Source: Candidatus Bathyarchaeia archaeon (GTDB lineage: Archaea; Thermoproteota; Bathyarchaeia; Bathyarchaeales; Bathycorpusculaceae). From it: DNA of 37,220 bases. This document shows positions 28,535-37,220 of this stretch, one piece after another. A program made the position numbers and the translations under genes. Location of the stretch: the NCBI GenBank assembly GCA_038882655.1, contig JAVZNT010000010.1, forward strand, positions 1-37,220, given 5' to 3'. The notes beneath the pieces are model-generated. The model was not told where the DNA came from, ran no database searches, and saw only the letters and a list, made by a program, of their open reading frames with translations. How positions within the stretch are numbered: position 1 is the first letter of the stretch; every line of letters starts with the position of its first letter.

Positions 28535-31500
28535 TTGAAAAGAAAATTAATTGCAATTCTTCTTATTTTTATTATAACCACTAGTTTGATGATTTTTTCT
28601 TTGCCATTTATCCTAAGAATGTTTAAGAAACATTTGAATGGCTTGGAGTATGTACCCGGTGAGGTTATAGTCGGTTTCGTATCAGATGTTCCATGCAGAT
28701 CCCACGCGGCTATTAAGTTAATTGAACAAAATGGAGGAAGAGTTAAGGAGGTAATATCAGCCGATTCAATAATGAACGTTGTTCTCGTTGAAGTCCCTGA
28801 AGGTTATGAAGAAAGTTTTATAGAAAACATCAGCAAGGCGCCAATAGTAAAATATGCGAAGTTAAATTATAAGAATGTAGTTATCCAAGGCCAGCGTTAC
28901 TTTAAATCCCCGCAAACATATGCTATGGCAAGTTCAAGACGAATTCATTATGAAAGGTTGTACATTCCACACGTTTGGATTGGCGAAGGCGTCTCCATGG
29001 GATGGCATGCAGATGACGCTGCTTGGCAATATCCCTTACCCTTTAATTTCTCTTTTTATGGGGTAAACTATTCAAACATTTTTGTTTCCAGTAACGGTTT
29101 AATAACTTTTACCGCGCCAGACACTAGCTATTCTAACAGTATATCTACATTAGCTAGTAAACTAGCGATAGCTCCAGCATGGGATGATTGGGTTACAGAG
29201 GACCCATTCGATATCTTCGTGTGGAAGAATTCAACGCATGTGGGCATTAGATGGTATACACGAGCATGGGGCGCATCTACCATTGCAAATTTTGAAGCAA
29301 TTTTAAAAATAGGTGGCGAGATACAGTTCAATTATGGATTTAACAACGGATCTGTTTCCGCCACGATAGGAATTTCTGATGGGGCGGGCAATATTCTTGC
29401 AGAAGATGTTACAAGCCTTAATTACACAAACTCGATAATCTTTAGGCCATACATTCCAGAGCACGACCTTAGTGTCTCTTTAACTTCTCCGCGAATAGTA
29501 AAGCTTGACGGTACAGTTTCGCTGAATGCTACGGTTGTAAATGAGGGCTTGAGTAATGAAACAGATGTAAACTTGATGTTAATAGTTAACGGTTCCACAG
29601 CGTATTCAATAGTGGTTCCTGAACTGCTAGCCGGAGAGTCTTACACCTTACATTATGTTTGGTCACCAACCGTTGAAGGTGTTTACAATATTACGGCTTT
29701 TGTACTCCCTACGGCTGGGGAGGAATTTATCGAAAACAATTTTTCTACGCAATTTGTTGAGGTTACCACTGGTTACTTGCCTACAGACCCTATGTATTTT
29801 CTTCAATGGCACTTACGGCAAATCGGATGCCACAAGGCTTGGGAGATCACAATGGGTAGTCCCAATGTTATTGTAGCCATGATAGATACTGGGGTGGACT
29901 ATGATCATCCTGACTTGTATGCAAATATTTGGACAAACAATTATGAGATTCCTTACAATGGAGTTGATGATGACGGCAACGGATACGTGGATGACTGGAT
30001 TGGTTGGGACTTTGCTGATGAAGACAATGATCCAATGGACTGTGACGGACACGGGACTCATTGTGCTGGAATAGTTGCTGCAATGATGGATAATGGTGTT
30101 GGAGGATGCGGTGTTGCCCCGAATGTTAAAATAATGACGGTTAAAATTTTTAAGCCGGCTCCATGTGCGGTAGCAACTACTGTAAGGGAAAATGTTACAG
30201 ACCCGGATAATACGTTGGCCTTATTGAGAAAGTTTAGAGACGGATTTTTAAAAACGAAATACGTTAAACTTTACTATGAATATAGCCCTGATATAGTTAA
30301 AATTCTTCTCGAAGAGCCGCAAATTCTCTACAATGCAGCTAGACTTATTGAAAAATATACCCCTGCCATAAAATATGTTGTAGAAGGTAAGGGTGAGGAT
30401 ATGTTAATGACAGCTGATAACATCGACGAAATCCTCTCCTTCACAAGAAGACTAAAATGGAAGGTCAACGAGAGGCGAGAAAGCATAGGAGAAGAGAGAA
30501 GCTTGAAAATGATTGGAATGCTAGAGGAGTTTGAGGAGCAAGTTAGGGCATCAGAGGGAAAAACATTCAGCGAGGCATTTCAAGGCTCCATTTACTATGG
30601 AAGAAACATTAGAGCCTTTATGGCAAGAGTAGAAACCACAGATGCGTGGGTAATAAAAGGGATAAAATACGCAGCAGATAATGGCGCCCATGTTATAAGC
30701 ATGTCCTTTGGTGGATATGAGTCTGAAACCGGACCTAAGCCTGACATTGAGGACGCATGTGAGTACGCTTACAACAAAGGCTGCGTACTCGTGGCTGCGG
30801 CTGGTAATGACGCTAAAAGAGAAGTTTGCTATCCCGCAAAGTATAATTCAGTAATAGCCGTCTCAGCAATAGGTTATAACAGCCTATACTCGTGGTATAC
30901 TAATTATGGACCGGAAATCGAATTATGTGCGCCAGGAGGCAGCGACTTAAACGGAGATGGGGATACAGATGATGAGAACGAATATGTTTATTCAACCGTC
31001 TGGGACGATACGTATGGTGGACCAGGATGGGTTGGCACATCTATGGCGACCCCCCATGTCAGTGGCGTAGCGGCTCTTATCAAATCCATTCATCCTGATT
31101 GGTCCAATGAACAAATCAGATATATTCTTGAACTTAGTGCCATTGATTTAGGTTTACCGGGTAAAGATGAAATATATGGATATGGAAGAGTAAACGCGTG
31201 CTTAGCAATTACTTCGCAACTTCCGGAACACGACCTTTCAATACGCATGTATGTTCCCCACCTTCTGTCGCGTGGCGAATCTGTTCTGTTGAATTTGACA
31301 GTTTATAATAATGGTCTTAGCGATGAAACAGATGTGGAAGTTTTACTTTTGATTGAAGGCGTTGTTATGAATTATGTTTTAATTCCAGAATTACTATCCG
31401 GAGCCTCTTATACATTTAACTACTATTGGACTCCGACTATTGGAGGAGTGAACTATAACATAACTGCATATGTTTTACCGGTTGCTGGAGAGGTTAATAT

Positions 31501-33061
31501 ATTAAATAACCGCGTAAAAAAATTGGTTCACGTTTCGTTTTATAAAAGGACGTACCTTACACATCAATGGATTAGTTACGGCGCCGCAATGGGTTGGCAT
31601 GCTGACGACGGATGGTGGCAATATGATCTGCCGTTTAACTTTCCATTTTACGGAGTAAACTACAGAACGATATACATTTCAAGTAATGGACTAATAACTT
31701 TCACAAGTCCAGATACCAGTTGGAGTAACAGCATATCTGCATTGGCTAATAAGCTTGCAATAGCCCCGGCTTGGGATGATTGGGTGACAGATCAACCCTA
31801 CGATATCTACGTATGGCAGAATTTAACATGCGTAGTCATACAGTGGTATGTCCGCGCTTATGGCTCGGGCTATGTCGCAAATTTTGAAGCAGTCCTATAC
31901 ATCAATGGCACAATCCAGTTCAACTACGCCTACAATGACGGGCCTGTCTCAGCTACTGTAGGCGTATCAAATGGAGCGGGGGACATTCTTGCAGAAGACG
32001 TAACAAACCTCAACTATATTAACACCATAGTTTTTACGCCCTCCTTACCAGAGCATGACCTCGCCGTAACTTTGGAAGCTCCGAGTTTCCTTTGGTGCGG
32101 CGAATCAACACTGCTAAATGCAGCAGTCGTTAATTGCGGTTTGAACAATGAAACAAATGTTGAATTACAACTGTTAATTAATGGCACTGTGGTCAAGAGT
32201 GCCTTAATTTCGGAATTATTAACAGGCACTTCATACATACTAACACATCATTGGGCTCCAAACGTTGGAGCGATGTATAATGTGACTGCTTATGCTTCAC
32301 CTGTGCTTGGTGAAGAATTCACCGCAAACAACATCATAACTAGGATGGTGCATGTGCGGGTAATGCCACCGTTATCGGTTTCGATAACGCCGCTTTCAGC
32401 CTTAATAATTATAGGTCAATCTGTGACATTCTCATCAACGGTGTCTGGTGGGATCCCTCCATATTATTACCAATGGTATCTGAATAATAGCTTTGTTTCT
32501 GCACTTCACGCTTGGACTTTCACGCCTACTAAAGTCGGAGTTTATGAAGTTTATTTGATGATAACAGACAGTGTTAGAAATATAGCAATATCAGAAAAAG
32601 CCATAGTAACAGTTGCACCACAACTAACGGTGTCGATCTCTCCAGCATCAGCATCCATATTCGTAAGACAATCCGTAATCTTCACATCCACTGTTTCTGG
32701 AGGCTACCCACCCTACACTTATCAATGGTATTTGAATGGGGCTCCAGTTTCAGGAGCCACATCCACCACTTGGACTTTCACGCCGACAACAGCCGGTATA
32801 TACTATGTGCAACTAAAAGTTACAGACTCCAAGGGCAACACAGCCCAATCAGACCCAGCCCGCATAACAGTTGCAACCGTCCCAGTCGGCGGATACTCAA
32901 TCCCCATACATACACCGTCAACAGCAAAACAACTAACACCCTACATAATACTAACAACAGCTCTAGCAATAGCCTACACAACAATAAAACACAAAACAAA
33001 AAAGAAAAACAAACATAAAACCAAACACACCATTTTATCAACCGCAAATAATGAGGCATGA
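28535..33061 (+). CDS. Large modular secreted subtilisin-like (S8) protease with CARDB and PKD-like domains and a C-terminal anchor
   Basis: Signal/TM helix; I9-like propeptide (YVPGEVIVGF); triad IDTG, HGTHCAG, GTSMATPHV; oxyanion AAAGN; three HDL...V.N.G CARDB units; two PKD-like units; PVGG-hydrophobic-basic tail. Confidence 0.93.
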   Translation: MKRKLIAILLIFIITTSLMIFSLPFILRMFKKHLNGLEYVPGEVIVGFVSDVPCRSHAAIKLIEQNGGRVKEVISADSIMNVVLVEVPEGYEESFIENISKAPIVKYAKLNYKNVVIQGQRYFKSPQTYAMASSRRIHYERLYIPHVWIGEGVSMGWHADDAAWQYPLPFNFSFYGVNYSNIFVSSNGLITFTAPDTSYSNSISTLASKLAIAPAWDDWVTEDPFDIFVWKNSTHVGIRWYTRAWGASTIANFEAILKIGGEIQFNYGFNNGSVSATIGISDGAGNILAEDVTSLNYTNSIIFRPYIPEHDLSVSLTSPRIVKLDGTVSLNATVVNEGLSNETDVNLMLIVNGSTAYSIVVPELLAGESYTLHYVWSPTVEGVYNITAFVLPTAGEEFIENNFSTQFVEVTTGYLPTDPMYFLQWHLRQIGCHKAWEITMGSPNVIVAMIDTGVDYDHPDLYANIWTNNYEIPYNGVDDDGNGYVDDWIGWDFADEDNDPMDCDGHGTHCAGIVAAMMDNGVGGCGVAPNVKIMTVKIFKPAPCAVATTVRENVTDPDNTLALLRKFRDGFLKTKYVKLYYEYSPDIVKILLEEPQILYNAARLIEKYTPAIKYVVEGKGEDMLMTADNIDEILSFTRRLKWKVNERRESIGEERSLKMIGMLEEFEEQVRASEGKTFSEAFQGSIYYGRNIRAFMARVETTDAWVIKGIKYAADNGAHVISMSFGGYESETGPKPDIEDACEYAYNKGCVLVAAAGNDAKREVCYPAKYNSVIAVSAIGYNSLYSWYTNYGPEIELCAPGGSDLNGDGDTDDENEYVYSTVWDDTYGGPGWVGTSMATPHVSGVAALIKSIHPDWSNEQIRYILELSAIDLGLPGKDEIYGYGRVNACLAITSQLPEHDLSIRMYVPHLLSRGESVLLNLTVYNNGLSDETDVEVLLLIEGVVMNYVLIPELLSGASYTFNYYWTPTIGGVNYNITAYVLPVAGEVNILNNRVKKLVHVSFYKRTYLTHQWISYGAAMGWHADDGWWQYDLPFNFPFYGVNYRTIYISSNGLITFTSPDTSWSNSISALANKLAIAPAWDDWVTDQPYDIYVWQNLTCVVIQWYVRAYGSGYVANFEAVLYINGTIQFNYAYNDGPVSATVGVSNGAGDILAEDVTNLNYINTIVFTPSLPEHDLAVTLEAPSFLWCGESTLLNAAVVNCGLNNETNVELQLLINGTVVKSALISELLTGTSYILTHHWAPNVGAMYNVTAYASPVLGEEFTANNIITRMVHVRVMPPLSVSITPLSALIIIGQSVTFSSTVSGGIPPYYYQWYLNNSFVSALHAWTFTPTKVGVYEVYLMITDSVRNIAISEKAIVTVAPQLTVSISPASASIFVRQSVIFTSTVSGGYPPYTYQWYLNGAPVSGATSTTWTFTPTTAGIYYVQLKVTDSKGNTAQSDPARITVATVPVGGYSIPIHTPSTAKQLTPYIILTTALAIAYTTIKHKTKKKNKHKTKHTILSTANNEA
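28949..29764 (+). repeat. Intragenic 272-aa module, copy 1 (NIDO-like beta domain + CARDB)
   Basis: MGWHADD, LPFNF, SSNGLITF, KLAIAPAWDDWVT, ILAEDVT and PEHDL all recur in copy 2; both copies span 816 nt. Confidence 0.9.
31541..32356 (+). repeat. Intragenic 272-aa module, copy 2
   Basis: Colinear with 28949-29764 at protein level, diverged at synonymous sites. Confidence 0.9.
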
Positions 33062-33261
33062 AACCGCAAAATTCTAGAGAGGGTATCCAATTTAACCGTT
33101 TTCCACTTCCTAAATCGACCTAGGGTTATTTTAACTGAAATTCTAGAGAAGAAGGGTAGGGAAAACCGTCCAAATTCCATGGAAAGGTAGCGTATTCATT
33201 AAACCGAACCAGCAACAAATATGGCATGCTTGCCCAAAAATTGACACAGTTTGGCGCTTAT

Positions 33262-33744
33262 TTATGTCATTTGTGGCTTGTATAGCCTTAAATATTCAGT
33301 GGTTGTTGGGAATATCCCCCTAACCCTTTCATGGCGTTTTTTGGCGTTTATGCTGTTTTCTATTATTGTGAAGGCGCGTGGCGTGCTGAATCTTTCTGTT
33401 TCGCCGTTTTCTCTTTTCCGCATAACCTTTATGCAATCGTCTACTATGCAGTTTAGCACGCATGCGCCGCAGTATATGCATAATTCTTCTGTTATTCCAA
33501 CCTCGCCGCTGCTCTTCCAGAATAAGGCGTTTGTTGGGCAAGCCTTAATGCAAAGTTTGCATTCAACGCCCTTACATGTTCGTTTATCTATCGATATACT
33601 TCCACCAGCAAAGAATTCCTTAACGCCCAAAGGTGCAAGAAGCTCTTCCCGGCGCTTTCGCTTTTCCTTTTCGCCTGTTTCAACAAGTAGGCTAAAAATG
33701 TCAGATAGCACGGACCCGCTGGATTTAGTGCCTTTATTCTCCAT
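33262..33744 (-). CDS. 2x[4Fe-4S] ferredoxin-domain protein
   Basis: CKGVECKLCIKACP and CIYCGACVLNC. Confidence 0.88.
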   Translation of the reverse strand: MENKGTKSSGSVLSDIFSLLVETGEKEKRKRREELLAPLGVKEFFAGGSISIDKRTCKGVECKLCIKACPTNALFWKSSGEVGITEELCIYCGACVLNCIVDDCIKVMRKRENGETERFSTPRAFTIIENSINAKKRHERVRGIFPTTTEYLRLYKPQMT

Positions 33745-33920
33745 CCAAATTCATCTTGCCAATTCTCTGCAAGAAATTATTAGCCACCTACATTATAACT
33801 ATTTTATTCAATAAATTCCTAATACCAACATCAAACTAGTTTAGACTAAAATCTAAAAAGTTGACTATCCGACCCTTTTATTATTATTGTCTATCAGATA
33901 AGACTTTTCAAAGCACCGGT

Positions 33921-34244
33921 TTATTCGCCGAAGAGCTTCCTAAGATTAAAGCTGTTTTCGCCTTGTTGAACTTTCGCCAGTTCCGGTTCTGGAACAGCCA
34001 TAATGTTTGCGGAAACGTCAAGTCTGTGCTCAAGCTCATTTATGCGGGACTCAAGCTTTTCAATGCTTTCAGTCTTAATCCTAACCTTTTGCTCCAGCTC
34101 TTTGATGGCTAACTTTTCCTCCAGCAATCGAGCCCTTTCCTCTAGGGTTTTCTCTTTCTCTTCCAGCGAGTGCAACTGAAACTCCAATTCCGCTTTTTTC
34201 TTTTGAAGGTCTTCGATTTCATGCCACAGGGTCAAATTCTGCAC
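33921..34244 (-). CDS. Hypothetical coiled-coil protein
   Basis: E/K/L heptad pattern over about 75 aa; GTG start after GGTGGT. Confidence 0.7.
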   Translation of the reverse strand: MQNLTLWHEIEDLQKKKAELEFQLHSLEEKEKTLEERARLLEEKLAIKELEQKVRIKTESIEKLESRINELEHRLDVSANIMAVPEPELAKVQQGENSFNLRKLFGE

Positions 34245-34375
34245 ACCACCCTTATGCCTTTACATCACAGCCATTATTAGGGTTATGAACCCAAAATTCA
34301 TATCAAAAATCAGCAAGCCCAACCACAAAAAATATAGCAAAACGCTAGCCTCAATACGGAAAAGGCGAAAATAGC

Positions 34376-34552
34376 ATGTGTGAATTTAAAGTTATTCTAA
34401 ACGGAAAAGAGGTTTGGAACGACGTTGTCTACGCGAAAGTTGAAGGTGGAAAAATAATATTGAAGGATGTTTCTGGACAAACAAGAGAGTTTAAAAACTG
34501 CAGAATAGTGGAAGTGGACGTAAACACAACCCGACTAGTGCTAGCCCAATAA
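34376..34552 (+). CDS. cooT: CooT-family small nickel-binding protein (58 aa)
   Basis: Below the ORF-track cutoff. MCEFKVILNGKEVWNDVVYAKVEGGKIILKDVSGQTREFKNCRIVEVDVNTTRLVLAQ: Met-Cys start, DV, L.D..G and I.EVD pattern of CooT. Confidence 0.82.
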   Translation: MCEFKVILNGKEVWNDVVYAKVEGGKIILKDVSGQTREFKNCRIVEVDVNTTRLVLAQ

Positions 34553-35390
34553 ACCCGAAATCCATCCGCTGAGAAAGCAGAACGACAAAAAAGCCGAAAA
34601 CTAGACCAAAAGCTATCGGGAAAGGCAGCCCTGGAAAAACTCCGCTCTTCTCAAGCATTTTAAAGGCCAAAAAGCAGCCTAACAAAATGCCAGCCACAGA
34701 CGCTAGACAAGGCAGTAAGCCAAAATAAACAAGCATGTGTCCTGCAAGCATGGAATAGAAGGTTAAGTCGCCAAGCCCCATGTGGATATCCCTAAAAGAG
34801 AAGCTTAACCCTCTAAACTTCTCCAATCCTTCACGGGCAATTTTGCCCACAGGTCCACGATAAACGGCAAAGGCGTCATAAGCAGCCAAAAAACATAAAA
34901 TGAGAATAGCGCTTAAAGTTGAAACGCATGCTCCTAGAAAAGCTCCAAGGGCGCCACCCACCAAAACCACTATAAAGTCGCCAACCCTACTACGAGTATT
35001 AAAAATGACATAGCACGTAAAAGCTGTTAAAACCGTTGATGCTGGAATTAAAACTTCAAAGAGCGGCAAACCAAGGAGCGTGAGAGCAGCCGAAAGATAA
35101 ACAAATGAAAGGAGAAAAGCAGCTGCTGCGAGAGAAAAGCCTGTAACAACGGCGATAAGCCTATGGCTTTTCCTCTTCAAAAGAAACAGCAAAATTGAAG
35201 CTCCAAATCCAACCAATACGACAAAATATATGGCGTTTCCGAGAGAGCCAGCTGGGTCTTCGGAAAACGGAGTAACAGTGTAAAGCTCAATTTGGGAAGC
35301 AAATAAGAGGTAGGCGCATAAAATCCCAACAACCACGCTGATCAAAACAGGAGTCAGATGAATTAATCCAGCCTTGAAGCCGCTGCCCAA
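34491..35390 (-). CDS. Presenilin/SPP-like GxGD intramembrane aspartyl protease (A22)
   Basis: About 9 TM segments; YD (AAYDAFAV), MGLGD, and PGLP as the PAL variant. Confidence 0.88.
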   Translation of the reverse strand: MGSGFKAGLIHLTPVLISVVVGILCAYLLFASQIELYTVTPFSEDPAGSLGNAIYFVVLVGFGASILLFLLKRKSHRLIAVVTGFSLAAAAFLLSFVYLSAALTLLGLPLFEVLIPASTVLTAFTCYVIFNTRSRVGDFIVVLVGGALGAFLGACVSTLSAILILCFLAAYDAFAVYRGPVGKIAREGLEKFRGLSFSFRDIHMGLGDLTFYSMLAGHMLVYFGLLPCLASVAGILLGCFLAFKMLEKSGVFPGLPFPIAFGLVFGFFVVLLSQRMDFGFIGLALVGLCLRPLPLFCSF

Positions 35391-35565
35391 TTTTCCACCA
35401 AGCCTTAAAATGCGTTTGTAGTAGAATAAATTTTTCCCATCGTCTACTTCGAAGATAGAATAATGTTTTGAATCTTAATTTCGACTAAGTATGCCGAATT
35501 CAGCCCAGCAATCTATAAATGCTTTATATCTTTCAGATGTAAATATCACTGGCAGTGAAATCCAA

Positions 35566-36483
35566 ATGCTTGTAACAAACAAAGAGTTATTAAAAAGGGC
35601 TCAAAAGGAAGTCTATGCAGTTGGAGCCTTCAACATCCAAAACCTTGAAAGCCTACTGGCAGTTGTAGAAGCCGCCCTTGAAGAAAAGTCGCCAGTAATA
35701 GTGGCTGTAACCCCAAGCGCCATAAAATATGGCGGGCTAAACTATTTGGCGAGACTTATTAAAACGGCAGCTGAAACTATGCCAGTGCCCATGTCGCTAC
35801 ACCTTGACCATGGAGAGGACGTAGAAACCGTTAAGAAGTGCTTGGAAGCGGGCTTTACATCCGTGATGATTGACGGCTCCCACATGCCCTTTGAAGAAAA
35901 CATATCCCTAACAAAGCATGTTGTAGAGCTAGCCCATCAAAAAGGCGTCTCCGTTGAAGGTGAGCTTGGAAAGCTGGCTGGCGTTGAGGAAAAGACAGTT
36001 GAGGAGAGGGAGGCTGTTCTAACAGACCCGCGGGAAGCCGAAGAGTTTGTGAAGCGTACAGGCGTGGATGCGTTGGCGGTTTCTATTGGCACTTCTCATG
36101 GCGCCTACAAGTTTAAGGGCGAACCCCAACTGGACTTCGAAAGACTAAAGCAGATACGCGAAAAGGTTGAAGTGCCGCTGGTGCTGCACGGAGCATCAAG
36201 TGTTCCTCAATGGATAATTGAGAAAGCTACAAAGTACGGTGCAGAACTCGCCGGGGCAAAGGGCATACCTGAAGGGCATATTAAAAAGGCGATTTCGCTT
36301 GGAATAACAAAGATAAACATAGACACAGACTTAAGACTGGCTTTTACGGCTACAGTTCGCGAGGTCTTGGCAAACTCGCCGAAAGAGTTTGACCCCAGAA
36401 AAATCTTGGGACCGGCGAAAGAAGCCATGAAAGAGGTTGTTAAGGCGAAGATGCGCCTTTTTGGGAGCTCTGGTAAAGCCTAG
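35566..36483 (+). CDS. fba: Class II fructose-1,6-bisphosphate aldolase (bacterial type)
   Basis: YAVGAFN, LHLDHG, SVMIDGS, GTSHGAYK, LVLHGAS, KINIDTD, FDPRK. Start trimmed to ATG 35566. Confidence 0.95.
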   Translation: MLVTNKELLKRAQKEVYAVGAFNIQNLESLLAVVEAALEEKSPVIVAVTPSAIKYGGLNYLARLIKTAAETMPVPMSLHLDHGEDVETVKKCLEAGFTSVMIDGSHMPFEENISLTKHVVELAHQKGVSVEGELGKLAGVEEKTVEEREAVLTDPREAEEFVKRTGVDALAVSIGTSHGAYKFKGEPQLDFERLKQIREKVEVPLVLHGASSVPQWIIEKATKYGAELAGAKGIPEGHIKKAISLGITKINIDTDLRLAFTATVREVLANSPKEFDPRKILGPAKEAMKEVVKAKMRLFGSSGKA

Positions 36484-36502
36484 AAGGAAGGAGTAAAACA
36501 AA

Positions 36503-37220
36503 ATGCGAATAGGCGTATTAAGTGGTGGGGGAGACGCCCCGGGAATAAACGCCGTTATAAGGGCTGTTGTTAGGCGGGGAATACAGACATACGGAGACGA
36601 GATAATAGGCATAAAGGAAGGCTGGCGTGGGCTGCTGGAAAGCAAACTAGTTCCATTGGACTTTGAGGCTGTTGCGGGCATACTTCCAAGAGGCGGCTCA
36701 ATCCTTGGCACTTCTAGGACTAACCCCTTCAAGCGTGAGGGTGGACCGGAACAAATAATGGAAAACGCTAGAAAAGCCGGTTTAAACGCGGTTATAGCCA
36801 TAGGTGGAGACGACACTTTAAGCGTTGCCCACAAGATGGCTGATTATGGGCTTAAATGCGTCGGCGTTCCAAAAACGATAGATAATGACTTGGTGGAAAC
36901 AGACTACACTTTTGGTTTTCACACGGCTGTAGCCATAGCAACAGAGGCCCTAGACAAGCTCCATAGCACAGCAGAAGCCCACAACCGAGTCATAATTCTA
37001 GAAGTTATGGGACGCTACACGGGACACATAGCCCTAGTAGCTGGACTAGCTGGCGGGGCAGACGTCATTCTAATACCAGAAAAGCCCTTCGACATAGACG
37101 AGGTCTGCGAATACATTAGGCGGAGGCAAAAGCGGGGAAGAAACTTCAGCCTAATAGTGGTGGCTGAAGGGGCCAAACCAAAGGGCGGAAAAGAAATAGT
37201 CTACAGCGAACGCATAGACG
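36503..37220 (+). CDS. pfkA: PfkA-family 6-phosphofructokinase with PPi-dependent signature; 3' end runs off the window
   Basis: Not in the ORF track. MRIGVLSGGGDAPGINAVIR...GGSILGTSR...IGGDDT...VPKTIDND...LEVMGR...VVAEGA; GGAG RBS. Confidence 0.93.
   Translation, partial: MRIGVLSGGGDAPGINAVIRAVVRRGIQTYGDEIIGIKEGWRGLLESKLVPLDFEAVAGILPRGGSILGTSRTNPFKREGGPEQIMENARKAGLNAVIAIGGDDTLSVAHKMADYGLKCVGVPKTIDNDLVETDYTFGFHTAVAIATEALDKLHSTAEAHNRVIILEVMGRYTGHIALVAGLAGGADVILIPEKPFDIDEVCEYIRRRQKRGRNFSLIVVAEGAKPKGGKEIVYSERID

Noticed and set aside
30164-30634. Intein in the S8 protease (insert starts with Cys and is followed by Thr)
   Set aside because: No terminal His-Asn/Gln (ends ARVE), no block B TxxH, and the sequence looks helical rather than HINT-like.
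33069-33149. Direct repeat AAATTCTAGAGA downstream of the protease gene
   Set aside because: Two short copies only, with no terminal inverted repeats or transposase; insufficient for a MITE or att site.
33840-33857. TTTAGA-N6-TCTAAA inverted repeat resembling a DtxR-family box
   Set aside because: AT-rich context makes chance likely, and no cognate regulator is in the window.
36331-36834. 167-aa minus-strand ORF
   Set aside because: Antisense to fba and the clearly recognisable pfk gene.

Overview
An archaeal chromosomal window; gene content and sequence style suggest an anaerobic Bathyarchaeia-like TACK archaeon (taxonomy inferred, not searched). In order: a partial Pol-beta-type nucleotidyltransferase; tfb, a Zn-ribbon protein and aIF1; a lysine-6-dehydrogenase-like gene, class II RNR and pncB; two membrane proteins and a cohesin-CARDB-dockerin surface protein. 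Next is an eight-gene oxidative-stress/iron island (peroxiredoxin, OsmC-like, rubredoxin, SOD, flavodoxin, three different ferritin-like proteins), divergent from an LrpA/Ptr2-type regulator, a CopB-type ATPase and htpX. Then an orphan PD-(D/E)XK-like protein, thyX, a CofE-like ligase, two cooC genes and a complete cdhABCDE (ACDS) operon. The window ends with a 1508-aa modular subtilisin, a 2x[4Fe-4S] protein, a coiled-coil protein, cooT, a presenilin-like protease, class II FBP aldolase and a partial PPi-type PFK. Four genes absent from the ORF track were read by hand: the NTase, rubredoxin, cooT and pfk. The most notable observations are (1) a candidate LrpA/Ptr2-controlled redox/iron regulon with phased operator boxes and three ferritin classes, and (2) a CFI-box-like domain inserted inside the subtilisin catalytic domain. 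No rRNA, tRNA, CRISPR array, intein or transposase was seen.
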